A stretch of DNA of 64,000 bases from Cenococcum geophilum (lineage: Eukaryota): assembly GCA_050273025.1 (NCBI GenBank), contig CP158635.1, positions 24,862,001 to 24,926,000 on the forward strand, given 5' to 3'. Positions 13,310 to 25,779 of the stretch are shown here, piece after piece. Position numbers and translations under genes: made by a program. Position 1 is the first letter of the stretch. Each line of letters starts with the position of its first letter. The notes beneath the pieces were generated by a model. That model was not told the DNA's origin. It ran no database searches and saw nothing but the letters and a program-made list of their open reading frames with translations.

Positions 13310-14370
13310 ATGCCTAGTTTGTTATCTAGGCTCTAAGGGTATAGTTTATGGTAGTATTAATCTAATCAAGGTATTATATGCAGGAGGACCCTACCTATTA
13401 CCTTTCTCCTGCTAATAGTGCAGCTGACTTTCCTCTTAATACCGCTTTCTTGCTTATAAGAAATCGCCTAAATTAGCTGTTATAAATACCTAACCGGTCT
13501 TAAGTCTTTCTTAGGAAACGAGATTACAACCTTAAAGACATTAATATTAACACTACAGCCACCCTTATATACGTAGTCGCTCACCAGTCCTAACCTATAT
13601 GTATAGCAGAATATAAACTATAAATATAAACACAAACGTAGGGTATTAGAAATCTCAGCGGCATCCTTATTAACACCGCAATTACTTCCCGATTTTACCC
13701 AATATATAGAGCCTGATAAGAACCGTCTATATAAGCGTATATATATAGTAGCGCAAAACCCGCTGCCCGAAGAGTCGAACCGGACCCTAGCCGAAGATGC
13801 CCTTATTGCTGGGCTTAGGGGGGCTGGTATAAAATGGGATGATATAGTGAAGCGGGCTCCCTAGCTTGCTGTTTGCGATACTAAAAGAAGAGTCCCTGGG
13901 ATTTAAAGACAAAAATTAAGCTGGCTAGATTATATACTCAGTAAGGCGTTTAATTAACTTGAAATTTTTTATAAACTAACAGCGTCCTTAGTTTTATAGA
14001 CCTAATATAGTAGAAGGTTACCACAGAAATGCAAATGCCCCGTAGAGCCGTTGAATATATAGCTTTGCAGCTTAAGTAATAAGAATTGACTGTGTGTGCT
14101 AATGCTCCGTTTAGCCCTACCTTCTTTTGTTCCTATAGATATAATGGCTTTTTGCCGTTTAGTTAGAAAAATCTAGCATTCTATGGAGAACCGACCCCGC
14201 TGTGCTATATATGTCGTCATAAATAGAGGGCTTATAATAAGATGGTTGTTAATTTACAAGAGGGTAGTTCCTTATATAGGTGTATCCTATCTATATATAA
14301 TAACACCCGCCTGTTTTAAATTCTACTAGAGCCTACCCTAGCGCGCTAAAGAGGGAACTGGTAGGTAAGT
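13310..14370 (+). pseudogene. Myb/SANT DNA-binding protein
   Basis: 13781-14075: RTLAEDALIAGLRGAGIKWDDIVKR...WDLKTKIKLARLY | intron | ...KVTTEMQMPRRAVEYIALQL, matching the conserved ascomycete Myb pattern WTxEEDALIIELRGxGMKW...KNKLARLYER. Gene ends are uncertain. Confidence 0.8.
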
Positions 14371-14790
14371 CTCCTCTTTTATATAAGTTATAGGAACTTT
14401 AAACTAGTATAATAAAGTTTGGGATGTTTGGTGATAAGATAGGGTTAAAACGTAGTTGTTAAACTGGACTGTAAGCTTCTGTTTATACTATGCTTACTAA
14501 TCGTCATTAATGTATATACATTCCTATAGGTGATTAAAGTGTTAATACTTACAATCCTGACCTAATCGCAGTCGCAATTGATTTATAAGGTGGATAGTTT
14601 AGACGAACTCATTAGAGAGAAGGGTAGAAAATGTTAAGGATTGGATGACATCTTGCGATTTCAAGTTAGATTACTAGTGAAATGTATAATAAAATTAAAT
14701 TTTCGCGCTTGTAAATGTTCTTGCCCAGACAAGGCACTATACTTGTTCTTGGCGCGATAAAAGGCATTCCTGGCGTAGGAAAGAACTACT

Positions 14791-16153
14791 CGGCCAGGAT
14801 CCGGGCAGTAACACTTGGCAGTAACTTTACTGCCCGAATCTTTTGATCGGCGGCGGCTTAGTAGGCGGTCAGGGTAGCTAAGGCACTACTTGGGCACCTA
14901 TTTTACTAGCAAAAGCTATACAAATGCAATGTTCACCAATACCCCCTAATCCCGGCATGCCCCGCAGGCTGCCGCATAGTTAAACGGACGTGTATATACT
15001 TTTGTTTACCGCTAAGATTTGTTAATTAACACCGCTCTATAAATACGTGGCAATGGCTCCCTATACTCTACACCAAGACCCTTACCTAAAATGGACGCCT
15101 CTACCTCTGTTACTCCCGCCGCCGCGCCTTAGGAAACCCGGCCAGCTAAATAAAAGGCCTATAAGAAGCTAAGGAATAAGAACGCGATCGCGGAGATGTA
15201 GGCAGCTATTTAACCAGTCCCTCCTAAGCACTTACTTAGAAGCTGGTAAGCACTCTAGCCTTCTAAATGGGTGTAGTTATCTTGTTGCTTTGAAGAAAGA
15301 ATAGGAAAGGAATAAGTTACCGTAGTGGATTCGACGACCTTCCCTCCCTCGGCCCCTCTCCCGACAGTATAGACAATATGACATTTTCTAGCATATCTAA
15401 GTTATAAATTAGTATTGTGGGACCCACTAAATACGATAATATAACCGTGCGGTGGCGTGTCTCGGAGTACTTCGGTGTTAAAGCGCCTGGGATATTTATT
15501 TACCATCTGCTTGTTTTTCTCCTAAGGTGACCCTCTCCTTAAGTCCTTGTTTAAATTACCTTTGTAAATCTTAAACAAATTGCTTTTGTATGTCGATTTA
15601 CCTCTAGCTTTTATATTTATACGTATATAATTATAATTGAAAATCTAAATTTATAAATATGGGGTGTCTGTTATTGCGGTCTAAAATCTTAATTATTAGA
15701 AATTTGGGGCGTCTCTGCCACTACAGTGGTAGAGGTACCCTAAGTTTAATACCACGCTAAGTATTACAACTTTTCTCTAGTGACTGAGTAACCCTAAATC
15801 TTGCTAGGCTAGCTCTAAATTAATATAACCGTAGAACTTACTATACCACTACGCCGTAAGGACTTTTAGTTATAATCTTATAAATTTAATTAAAAATATA
15901 ACCCCTTCCTAAATCTTACGATTGAATATTTCTACGCGTAACACTATGCTAAGGATTATGATGTAGATTACTTAGACAGCTCTGCTGCGATGCAACGGCT
16001 CTACGCCGATCGATTGATCTACGGCTCTAAAATCTAGATCTATAACACTAAAAACAAGCTCTAAGCTACCGATTTTACACCGGCAGAACGAAACTTGGCA
16101 AGAGATTTGGGCAGTAAAGTTACTGCTAAGTGTTACTGCCTGAATTCTAGCTG
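14791..16153. mobile_element. Non-autonomous TIR element with 9-bp TSD (Mutator/MULE-like)
   Basis: ~50-bp TIRs at 14791-14840 and 16104-16153; exact flanking duplication AGAACTACT at 14782-14790 and 16154-16162; no transposase recognised inside. Confidence 0.85.
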
Positions 16154-16621
16154 AGAACTACTTACCCTAATGCATAAACGGGACGGAGTTCGCCAAAGCA
16201 GCACGAGGATCCCTACTCATGTAGTATATCTGCAAGCCTAGCTTGGGAGAGATGATTACGCATTGACCAGTAGGGAGTGCCGTGGCGAGATTTGAGCCAG
16301 CATTTAACATTCATTCTTTTCTACTCCCAGTGTCCGCTCCTTCATTTTGTTTCCACAGTCGCTTATGGATATTAACTCATTACTCTCTTAAAGCGACCCT
16401 TAAGAAAGTGATTCATCATTCTCTAATTCTGTTAAACAAAGCGAGAGCACTACTTCTAGTACAGCATCTAGGAATACTACGCTAACGCTTTTATTAAACC
16501 CGTGCGAAGAACAGATCAAATTAGTCAAATTCCTCTCGCATACGTATATGACGATGGTTGCTAACATTCTGCCCTCTTCCATTGTAGAGGTCTATAATGG
16601 CACAAGATAGAAGTATACGAT

Positions 16622-18411
16622 ATGTATGATGGGGTTAAGAATACCAATCTCCCGTCTTTGACTCAGAGCTATAATATACGCGCATTCAAGAACTATCCAG
16701 CCAGTGCCTCTAAATCGCTTCTATTGATAAGTTTATTGCAAAACACTACACCCAACGGCGACATTCTCGGACGTATTATTACAAATCTAAGTATAGACGT
16801 GGTCCGCCCTTTTAAGCCTCCCTCGAATATCAGTTCTATTACTAATTAATATCCGGTATTGTTTAGATAATCTCTTTCAACCATCATACTATGCGCGAGG
16901 AAGAATTAGACGGGGAAGAGAATTTACTTTCCTGTGCTTCCGCCTAATGCCCTAAGACCTTTACTAATTATGAGAAATATAACGATTACTATATTAAATG
17001 CCACTTAAAGGCGGGCGTCGCAAGGACTGGTTATACCCCTTTTAATTCTACTTAATATAGTTATGTTATGAGACATATGATAAACTGTAGGAAGCGAAGC
17101 CGCTCTACTTTTGTATCCGATTCCGCCTCCGGAAACAGAGTTGAATTGCCTAAAGTGTTTGATATATTAACGGTCGGCTCAGTTCTAGAAGGTTCATTAC
17201 CCCCCGAGCCCCCTGAAGAAAGTGAGAGCATCGCCCCTGCGGCAACACTTAGGACAACATACTTATTAGGCCCTGGGCCGGCCATCTCTACATCAACGTT
17301 ACCTTACTGCACTTAAGGCTTCCCTACTAGTAGGGATCTGAAACGGCACGAGAAAGAAACATACTATATCTATGGGGATCCCGTGGAGTTATTTTGTGCA
17401 GTCTTGGAATGTTTACGCGCCAAAAAATCTTTTAGATGTGAAAGCAACCTTTAGGCGCATATTAAGGCCCGCCACTACGACAACTACCCCCCAAGCACCA
17501 CCGCTTCAGAATGTTCCCCCCTAAATACACTAACACCGCTGAAGCTTGTATAAAGGGAGACTTTAGCTAGGCAATTAAACTTAACCCTAAGAGCCGCTCC
17601 CTTATTATCCTTATCAACGCCACTAGAATTTATTGAGGTAATGTAATTAACTATTAATGTACTAAACTTTAACCAAACTTGCTATGCCCCTGGAAGCATA
17701 AGCATGATTGAACCTTAGTATCCTAATATAGAAACCAATACCCCTAAGCCCCCTACGGAAGCTGGCGAAAGAGGAAACAGTCTGTTAACAACTGCCAAAG
17801 GACCGCGCTGGAGAGTATGTGATAGTTACAGCATCTTAAAAGCCCGTTGTTCTGAGAGAAAACCTTGCGAACGCTGCCTATATAATAATACTGATTGTAA
17901 GCAATCATTTCCTAATTCTACTCGCAGCTGGACTTTAGCTGACATTAAAAAAATCATTAAGCTTAGGGGAGAAGGCAGAGGATGGGATTAGATAACTGGG
18001 GAATTAAAGGGGAAAACTTTGATAGGTTGCCGTTTGCGATACTCCAGAATACCTTAACATGTTATATCGCAGTATTGGCTATGTTCGGCCGAAGCCTTAA
18101 CAGCACCTAAAGCTAGCCCTCGGACTGGAACGAAGCGAAAAAGGCCTGTTGAGGAAGATGGTCACAATATCGAAGATAGATCAAGGAACCTATCTTCTAC
18201 AGCTCTACTAAAACTGTAATCATCCTCGCAAACGCAGCCTGGCTTATAAAAACCAATATATAAACGCTCCTGGGACGTATGCGATGGGTGTAGAAGTAGA
18301 AAGCTTAAGTGTAGTAGAGACAGTCCTTGCCAACGCTGCAAAACCTAAAATATTCCTTATATGATGCAAGTGCGTAAGAGGAAAGACAAGAGGAGTCTAA
18401 AAAGCAAGTGA
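16622..18411 (+). pseudogene. Chimeric transcription factor: C2H2 fingers + Zn(II)2Cys6 + Myb + Zn(II)2Cys6
   Basis: One frame from 16867 to the TGA at 18411: C2H2-like motifs at ~16933-17004, 17305-17370 and 17395-17475; Zn2Cys6 at 17818-17898; Myb at 17929-18048 (WTLADIKKIIKLRGEGRGWDxI...CRLRY); Zn2Cys6 at 18280-18360 (CDGCRSRKLKCSRDSPCQRC). 5' end uncertain. Confidence 0.85.
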
Positions 18412-18869
18412 AGTGTATTGGTGAGAATTCCATAAGTATTTCTTGCGGGGAGGGGGCGATACAGATAGTCCTTATTTTTTTGGGGTTCTAAACGCCTTTG
18501 CGTGAGAAAGGGTGATAGGTAATTGTAATTTAAATTTACCTACTTTATAAGTTACCCGCTTGAAATTATAAATTTACCATACTTTTCTATTCCTGGGGCT
18601 TTGTTAAATGTCAAAGGAGGTTTTAGATAAGCATCATTCGTAAAAATGCTCGCTACTTACACACTGGTAGAAGCCCCTCTCTTATGTCCAATATACACTG
18701 GCTTTGGTAGGGATAGCAGTATCCTATTCTAATGTAAAGCTAACGAGGCACTACTCTAGCTTTTAAAACATAGGAGCTACTGTGTTTTCGAAAATATCGG
18801 GAACTCGCGCAGAGCCGCAACGCCGCACATCGCGCCCTACCAAAATTCGCATACCTCGCAGTTCTAGAC

Positions 18870-20245
18870 TCAGGCCCTTGCTGTGACTGTAGCTGCGGCA
18901 GCCCGGGCCGACGCGTACTGGCTCGATTCCGCGACAGATAGAGGCGCCAGCGGGTATGCCGTCGGTAGGTATGCCATCGGACGCGGATATACGGAGGCCG
19001 AAGGGACCTTGAGCCGAAAGGTAAGGCTGCCGGACGTAAGCAATTGAAGCTGTGAAGACTGCGCCCACTGGGACTCCGCCATACGGTCAAACGACGCCTG
19101 TAGCTCTTCTTCCTGCCGTAGGCAGGTTTCGACCTTCCGCGCGAAGGGCCGATAGGCCTCGTGCTGGAAGATTAGGTGGTTCCATGCGGGGCTGCTTGGA
19201 AACATCTCGCGGAGGACTACCGAGTCCTGTAGGATAATATCCCGGATATAGAATAGTAGGTTCGTGACGCCTATAGTCGCGAGGTCGTTAATTTGATCGA
19301 CTTGAGGACCGCACCGACCTTTCTAGGCGTCTAGCTCTAGCCAGATCGTCGACAGTAGCACGTAAGGGGGGGAGGCGCTTGCCCTACGAATCTCAAAGCA
19401 GCCTATCTGCGGCGGATGGCCGACCATCGTCTGTATAAACTTTCGCGGTAGCGAGTTTAAGTAGTAGCCGACCATCTGCTCCTGGTTCCACCTGCTAGCG
19501 CGTCTAATCTGATCCTCGCTGACTCCCTTTAGCTCCGCCGTCTTAGCGCCAGCGCTTCGCCTAATGTGGGTCTTCTTCTGCGAGAAGACGCCGACGTACT
19601 GGAACGCCTTGGTAACCTACTCCTGCTGCGAGTTGTATAAAAAGGCTGCCTCGCGGTCCTCGGCGCTACTTTTAATTAGGCGGATATTGTACCACGCCGA
19701 CTACTTGCTGAAGTCCGGGAACGGCTCGTTATTAAGGTCCTAGCGGTACAGAAGGTAGAAAGCTAGCCCGCTAAGTATACAGACGAGCAGCTTCTTATTA
19801 TGTAGAGCTCCGATAGTCTTAAGGCGGCCGTGCTGGTTCTGCTTGCTGGCGTATGTGGTAAATATTAGGGCCATATAGCGCGTAGGGCCTTCCCCCTTAA
19901 ACTTAAAGGTAAATAGGTCTGAAATCTCGGCGGAGCGCCGTCCTCCGTATATCTGTCGAGCAGCGTGTCCCTGCCCTTATCTGCGAACTACTCTTTTTCA
20001 CGCTGCGCGTCCCTCCGCTGTAGAACCTTTAGGTACTCCCTAACGTTGTCCTCCCACAGGGACTAGTGGCTGTTTATCCCCACGGCCTTCTGTACCCCGT
20101 TATAGCCGTAACGTAGCCGCGAACTGAGCGCCAGGATAGCCGCGTCTTGTCCTAGGGTACATCATTACTAACCTTACGGCTTTCCGCTTTTAGTAGCCGG
20201 CCTGCGACCTCCTTATCGAGGAAAAGGAGTAGCTTCTCTTCCATA
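18870..20245 (-). mobile_element. Crypton (CryptonF/Ndc10-like) tyrosine recombinase, truncated and internally deleted
   Basis: EEKLLLFL...SVRGYVTAI...DKGRDTLLD; SAEISDLF...GPTR...KQNQHGR; LAFYLLYR..PFPDFS..WYNIRL; KKTHIRRSAGAKTAELKGVSEDQIRRASRWN...YLNSLP; ILQDSV. No GCR1_C tail seen. Confidence 0.88.
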
Positions 20246-20694
20246 TTTAAAATAGGACGCTGCTAGAAAAACGGCGCCCTAGGGGGGGTTTCATTTTTTT
20301 ATATATACGCAGATATAGTGTAACTGACTACCGGTACCAAAGCTTGCGCTACCTTATGACTTACCACCCTATTTCTTGCCATCGTATATCTTACTACTTA
20401 TTTCCATTACCTATTTCCATTACCTATTACTGACTAAGTGGCGTTGTCTACAGTGGCAATTGTGGATTATTGTCGTCATCTTCTTGCTACCTACCTCGTG
20501 TATATATTGTGACGGTGCTAGGGCACGCCACCTGCCATATTCTGCGGACCCTGACTTTAACTAGCCAATTAGGATTTTCTATCCCCGGGATGGAAAATCG
20601 CTATTGGCTCGCTTACCGCTAGCGCCTTGGCGGCCCTCGCAAGATGTCTACCTGCTGCCCCTAAACGATTCTTCTTCTTCTCCTTAGCTTAGTA

Positions 20695-21187
20695 TAGTGA
20701 TATACACGACTAGCTTTACCCCCCCCCCCTTAGCGAGTTGCAGATTTGGTACGCGCATCCAATTTCGCCTGGTTGCCACTAGCTGTATATAGTAATTGTA
20801 GCGAAGCTGTATGCTTGGCTATAAGAACATTACTTCTGGCGGCCTTCCTCCGCAGTGTCGTAATCTTTGTTAAATATTGTAAGGCTTCCACCCGTACAAT
20901 ATTGCCAAATTTCGTTAACTTCTTTGTAGAGACAGTGTTGTATTCGCGTTTTGGCGGGCATAATGGAGGTATAGTTAAGGGGGAGAAAAGGAAGCGTTGT
21001 TTTTAATTTAATTCTCCTAGCTAACTAAGGCGATTCTCTAGGGCAACTAAAAAGGACCTTGCGTGCAGCTATAGCCGTTTGCTACAATTACTATGCATAG
21101 CTAGTGGCAACTAGGCGAAATTGGATGCGCGTACTGAATCTGCAACTCGCTAAGGGGGAGGGGTAAAGCTGGTCGTGCATATTACTG
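20695..21187 (-). mobile_element. Tc1/mariner-type internally deleted element (MITE-like, 493 bp)
   Basis: ~115-bp TIRs; termini (C>T)AGT...ACTG flanked by TA at 20693-20694 and 21188-21189. Internal remnant resembles a transposase start (MP-PKREYNT). Confidence 0.85.
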
Positions 21188-22143
21188 TATCTTTACTAGA
21201 TAGCAATCCACAAGCTTTAGTTTAGAGGTATTTATGTGAGCCGTCACATATATAGAGACCTTAGAGCTACATTTATAATCAAAGTCGCTCGTTTAATTCT
21301 CCTACACTGTAAAGCTTATATATAGACTGGGAGGAGAGGTAGAGAAAGTATACCTACCTACTGGCCGCAATAGTATGTTTACGGCTTGGCTGTTATCTTA
21401 TAAATCCGACGCTTTGTAGAAGATTTAGGTAGGGCAACGTATAGGCTACACGCTAACTCCTAGACCAATCAGAACCCCTACATACCCCCTATTACCAAAA
21501 TCTTTTGCGGAGCGTCTAAGAGCTTATAGGCGTCGCTTTGGTGGTGTCGGTATATATGCTTTAATCAACGTGTACGAGTATCACTATATTATAATACGTA
21601 TGCGGTGTTAGTTATTGGATGATTATTTATTCTCTAATGCAGTGTTGATAATATATATACGCGTCTCGCGTAGATTATGTGCTTTATGCACGTAATACGT
21701 AAAACAAATAACTACTAATAGGTGGTAACTGAATGTTTTAAAAATTAAACTTTATGTATTTCTACGAGCCATATCCCTACTATAATAGTTATTATATATT
21801 TTATTAATGCAATAGATTCTTTAGGTAATTATATTTCTATTTATATAAATTATACCCCCCTACTAGGAATACTAAGGGGCGAGATACATCGTCGCAAAAC
21901 GCGAGTTAGATTTTTGAAACGCATCTTTGTAGATTTTAGACCAAAACTGACCGACCGCCTATGTCTAACTGTCGGGACTGTGTTATGTGTGGTTACGTAG
22001 TCCCGTGTCCCGCTAGCACTAGCGTATAAGGAGAGCTTACCTCTCCTTAAGCGTCTGCGTTGTTTTATAAGAATCAATTAAATTATAACATTATACTATC
22101 TACAAACTGTAGCTATGTGATATTACCTTTATGATACCAATAC

Positions 22144-22437
22144 TAACTTCTTATATAATAAAGCTATGATATCGCCATAATATAGAGGCGATAGAGAAGA
22201 TAAAGGGCTTTTAGCTCGTACTATTTTGGAGATAATTTGACGTAGAGAAGTATGTAAGGTATGGCAGTGAGGTAAGATTGTGATAAAAACTGACTAACTA
22301 CCTATATTTAACTTCTTGTAGAATAGAGCTATAATATTGCCGTAATATAGAGGCGATAGAGAAGAATAAGGGCTTTTAGCTCGTAGTATTTTAGAGATAA
22401 TTAGACGTAGGGAAGTATATAAGGTGTAGTAGTAAGT
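22144..22437 (+). repeat. Tandem duplication, ~165-bp unit with exon/intron-like signals
   Basis: 22144-22308 vs 22309-22437; the unit contains GTAAG...CTAAC...TGTAG. Confidence 0.85.
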
Positions 22438-22500
22438 TAACTGCCTTAAACCTGCACATAACTAGTTTAAAGCTAGGAGTATGTAAAGAATATTAGGAGA

Positions 22501-22715
22501 CTATATAAGAGTATATTAAGTGCAACCCCTTTCTGCAGAGTGTTTACCTAAAGTGTTAGCTACTAAGGTTTTCTAGCTCCTTTGCATTGCACAAACAGTA
22601 CCGTAAAATGGTAACTTAATATTACTGCCGTCCCTTGCCGAAGTCTCTACAAATTTATATCTTAGCTTGTTAGCAAGTTCCTAGCCTTCTTGTGCCGAGA
22701 CCTTATAGGCGCTTG
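22501..22715 (-). pseudogene. C-terminal fragment of a Ras-family small GTPase
   Basis: KVSAQEGxELANKLRYKFVETSARDGSNIKLPFYGTV (G5 box ETSAR). The terminal TAT ACT CTT ATA TAG restores to a CaaX box CTLM*. G1-G4 boxes not found upstream. Confidence 0.8.
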
Positions 22716-24081
22716 TGTTGATTAGAAGTCGATTAAAAGAAGATAAGGAAGACTGTCTTATTATAAGAGGCACTAGAGCCTCTATCTTAATGAGCAAGGC
22801 TGTAAACGACATTAAGGTATATGGTTGAGATAAATAATGTTAAGGGTAAAACCTATGGTTTGGCTAAAGATTTTATCTTATTAGCCAATATTGATTTTCC
22901 TTATTTAGTGGCCTACTAGTCTGGATATAGGTCTTTAAGACCCCTGTTTTCCTTTATTAGACTTTATAGGCGACTTTAACCCATATCTTAGTTATAGTTA
23001 ATATTTAAAAGGGAGTAGTCTGCTCATTATAATACTAACCTTTACACTCTATGCTGATAGTCATTATAACGTATATCCTGTTTATCGGAATACTAGGAGC
23101 GTTAAATTTACAGGGGCCGGCATATTTATAGTTGGTAAAGGCTATAGCTCCTATTCTAGAAGCTAAAAAAATGTAGAGTAGAACACCTATTAGGAACGAG
23201 TGTAGATCGATAGCGTAGTTACGCAGGATATAAGGCAATGAAGGCGTAAGAGTAGGGCGTAAATGCAGTGTAATTGGGAGATAAAACTTTACAGCCTTCT
23301 ATGGCCGGTCGCCTACTATATATTTTGGGCATTAGCTTCCTTAAAGTTTAATTAGCCTAGCTATAGCTTCTGTTTGTTATGGGTTTATTGAATAGATTAC
23401 TAAAAGTTCTGCAAAAGCTTAAGGATCTTGGGTTTCTATTACCGTTACCTAAGTGTGCCCTATTTCCGCGCTATATAGAGATAAGCCGTAGAAATTATAA
23501 AGGGAGGATAGTAGGGAAGTAGGGGCTGGGGTCGATTTTATGTATCTGCGCTTTTACTAAGATTACATAGCCTGATTTTTCTGCGATCTTTACTATAACA
23601 ATTCTATTCACTTTCTCCTGGAGGTTGGCTTAGCTTTAATTTAACAAAAGGGATTAGTACTAGTGCCTTGCAGATATTTTCCGGGGTTAAGGGACGACTG
23701 TTAGGGTCTATACTGGATAGGGAGTAAGGTAATAGGGTAACAAAGTAGGGCCTAATACAGTGGAGGTAATACGGGGTGTAAAGTGCAACGTAGTTAAGCT
23801 TTACAGCCTTAGGTTATATATAGAGCTCCACTTTCTTTTTCAAATCTATAATATTCCAGACATCTCCTAATTGTAGGCTATTTTTAGCTAGATCTTTCTC
23901 TTTCTAGATAGTTTTATTTAACTTAAGAACGGGGAAGCAGGTTTCCCTTACTAATATTACGCGCTAAAGGATTAACTAAGTGGAAGCCCTATTAGAACTA
24001 GTGCTATTCTAGTAGAAAGTAGTTAGGATAAGCGACGCTTATATTTTAGTAAGGAGCAAAGTGGAGATAGCTGATCTCTAT

Positions 24082-24154
24082 AAGGACGCTAACTAAAAAT
24101 AACCTATTTTATTACAGAATGCAACAAAACAGGTTGTTTTTAGTTAGCGTCCTT
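24082..24154. repeat. Long hairpin palindrome, copy 2
   Basis: AAGGACGCTAACTAAAAATAACCTATTTTATTACA-GAA-TGCAACAAAACAGGTTGTTTTTAGTTAGCGTCCTT; homologous to 12570-12636. Confidence 0.9.
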
Positions 24155-25249
24155 TTAAAAGTTTAATAGCCCGTAGAAGGAATAAATATAACATAAAGTA
24201 ACGCTTTCCCTAAAGCACCTAAGGACTCCGACAACTTAATACAGATTAGCTAGCTTAGCGGATATTAAGTCCAGCATACCTTACAAATGAGAAAGAGGTG
24301 CTAGCTCTAATAAGGTCTCTTCGTTGGGGAGGACTAATTAGATAAGTCCGTTAAACGCATACGGTACTCTAAGAGACTAGAAGTCTCAGGTTTGGCTATA
24401 TGACGATTAAAAGGAAAGATATGAAAAGTACGGTAAGGAGGGAGTTCGGTATATAGAGTTTATTTCGCCCCGTTTACCTTTATATACGCTTGTTTACCTC
24501 TTTTTTCAGCCTTTATTTACCGCCTTATGCCTTTTCTACTAAACTGAAAACCCTAGCTATAAAACCATCTAAGCCTGGTATAAGCTCCTTAAGATATATA
24601 TAAAGTTCCTTACGGAATAGCATCCTCGTAAATTACTATGGGATATTTTAATAACTTAATCCTAGAAACTACCAGCGCCCTAAGGCTCTATAAATTATCT
24701 AACTAAGAGCCTTAAACAGCTACTACTAACCTAGATCTTTTATAACCAACGGAATAAAAGATTAAATCTATAACTTAAACGGTCCGAAAGATCCGTCTAT
24801 AAACAATCATCTATATGCTACTAATACCCCAAAACATACCTTGCCTAAAAGTAAGTACCTAGAAATGATATAAGTCTACTTACTTTAGCAGAATCTGGAC
24901 GTGACGGCCGCCAATAGCTATAAACTTAGTTATTTTATAGTGTAGGAATATATTAATATATTCTAGATTAAGGTCTATCCTTAGTTCCCAATTTTATACA
25001 AACCTACTTTTAATGCAGCTAATTGTTATATTTTACAGCTGTTTATACTAAGTATTTTAGGGGCATCTTGCCTTGGAAGTAGTTACGGCAATCTTCCTTA
25101 AGTTTGCATTAAACTCGCTGGTTTCTTGGCGCCAATAATTATATAGGAATGTTTTAGGAATCTAAATGCAGAGCTCTAGCTATTTTAAACAAAAGTACTT
25201 TTTAAGCTTTTTTAGAAGAGACATTCAACACTTCTTAAAACTTCTTACC

Positions 25250-25460
25250 TATCACGGCTTAAACAAATGCCTCTAAACCGAAGCTTAAACGAATGCTGTA
25301 TTACGAAGATACTAAGCTAAAGAGAAGGAAAAGGGGTTGCTAGGACCGATGTAAACAAATATATAGGGTAAGCCGCTAAGGCGCTAGCTTTAGGCGGGCC
25401 AATCGCAGGTCGGCAGAATATAGCAAAATTTGGCAGGTAATATGCAATAGCGCCGTTACA
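25250..25460 (-). repeat. 3' LTR of Gypsy C
   Basis: Near-identical to 31228-31438 apart from transitions. Confidence 0.95.
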
Positions 25461-25779
25461 TTACCCCCCTCTTTGAAAGAAAGCCTGCCCTTAGGCTTAG
25501 TTAGAAAAAATAGGGTAGTACTAGGCTTATAAATGTAGGATTATAAAAATATAAGATAAGGAGATAAAAGGGATATAAGTCCGTCCTAACTAAGTATAAA
25601 GGGCGATTGTGGGCTAAGTAGAAGCACTAGGCTAGAAAGAGTAGCCGCTAAAAGTCTTAGCACGGATCTAACTAATTAGACAACTTCAACCGGTAGTCGA
25701 AGTTCCTGGATATCTGAAATTTTATAGTACTGGCAGAAAACGGCAGAATATAGCAGAATTTGGTAGACAGCTGTATTAG

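Noticed and set aside
18740..19237. Overlapping ORFs 18740-19090, 18763-19068 and 19052-19237
   Set aside because: Alternative frames of the GC-rich Crypton tail; only 18870-19205 continues the recombinase frame.
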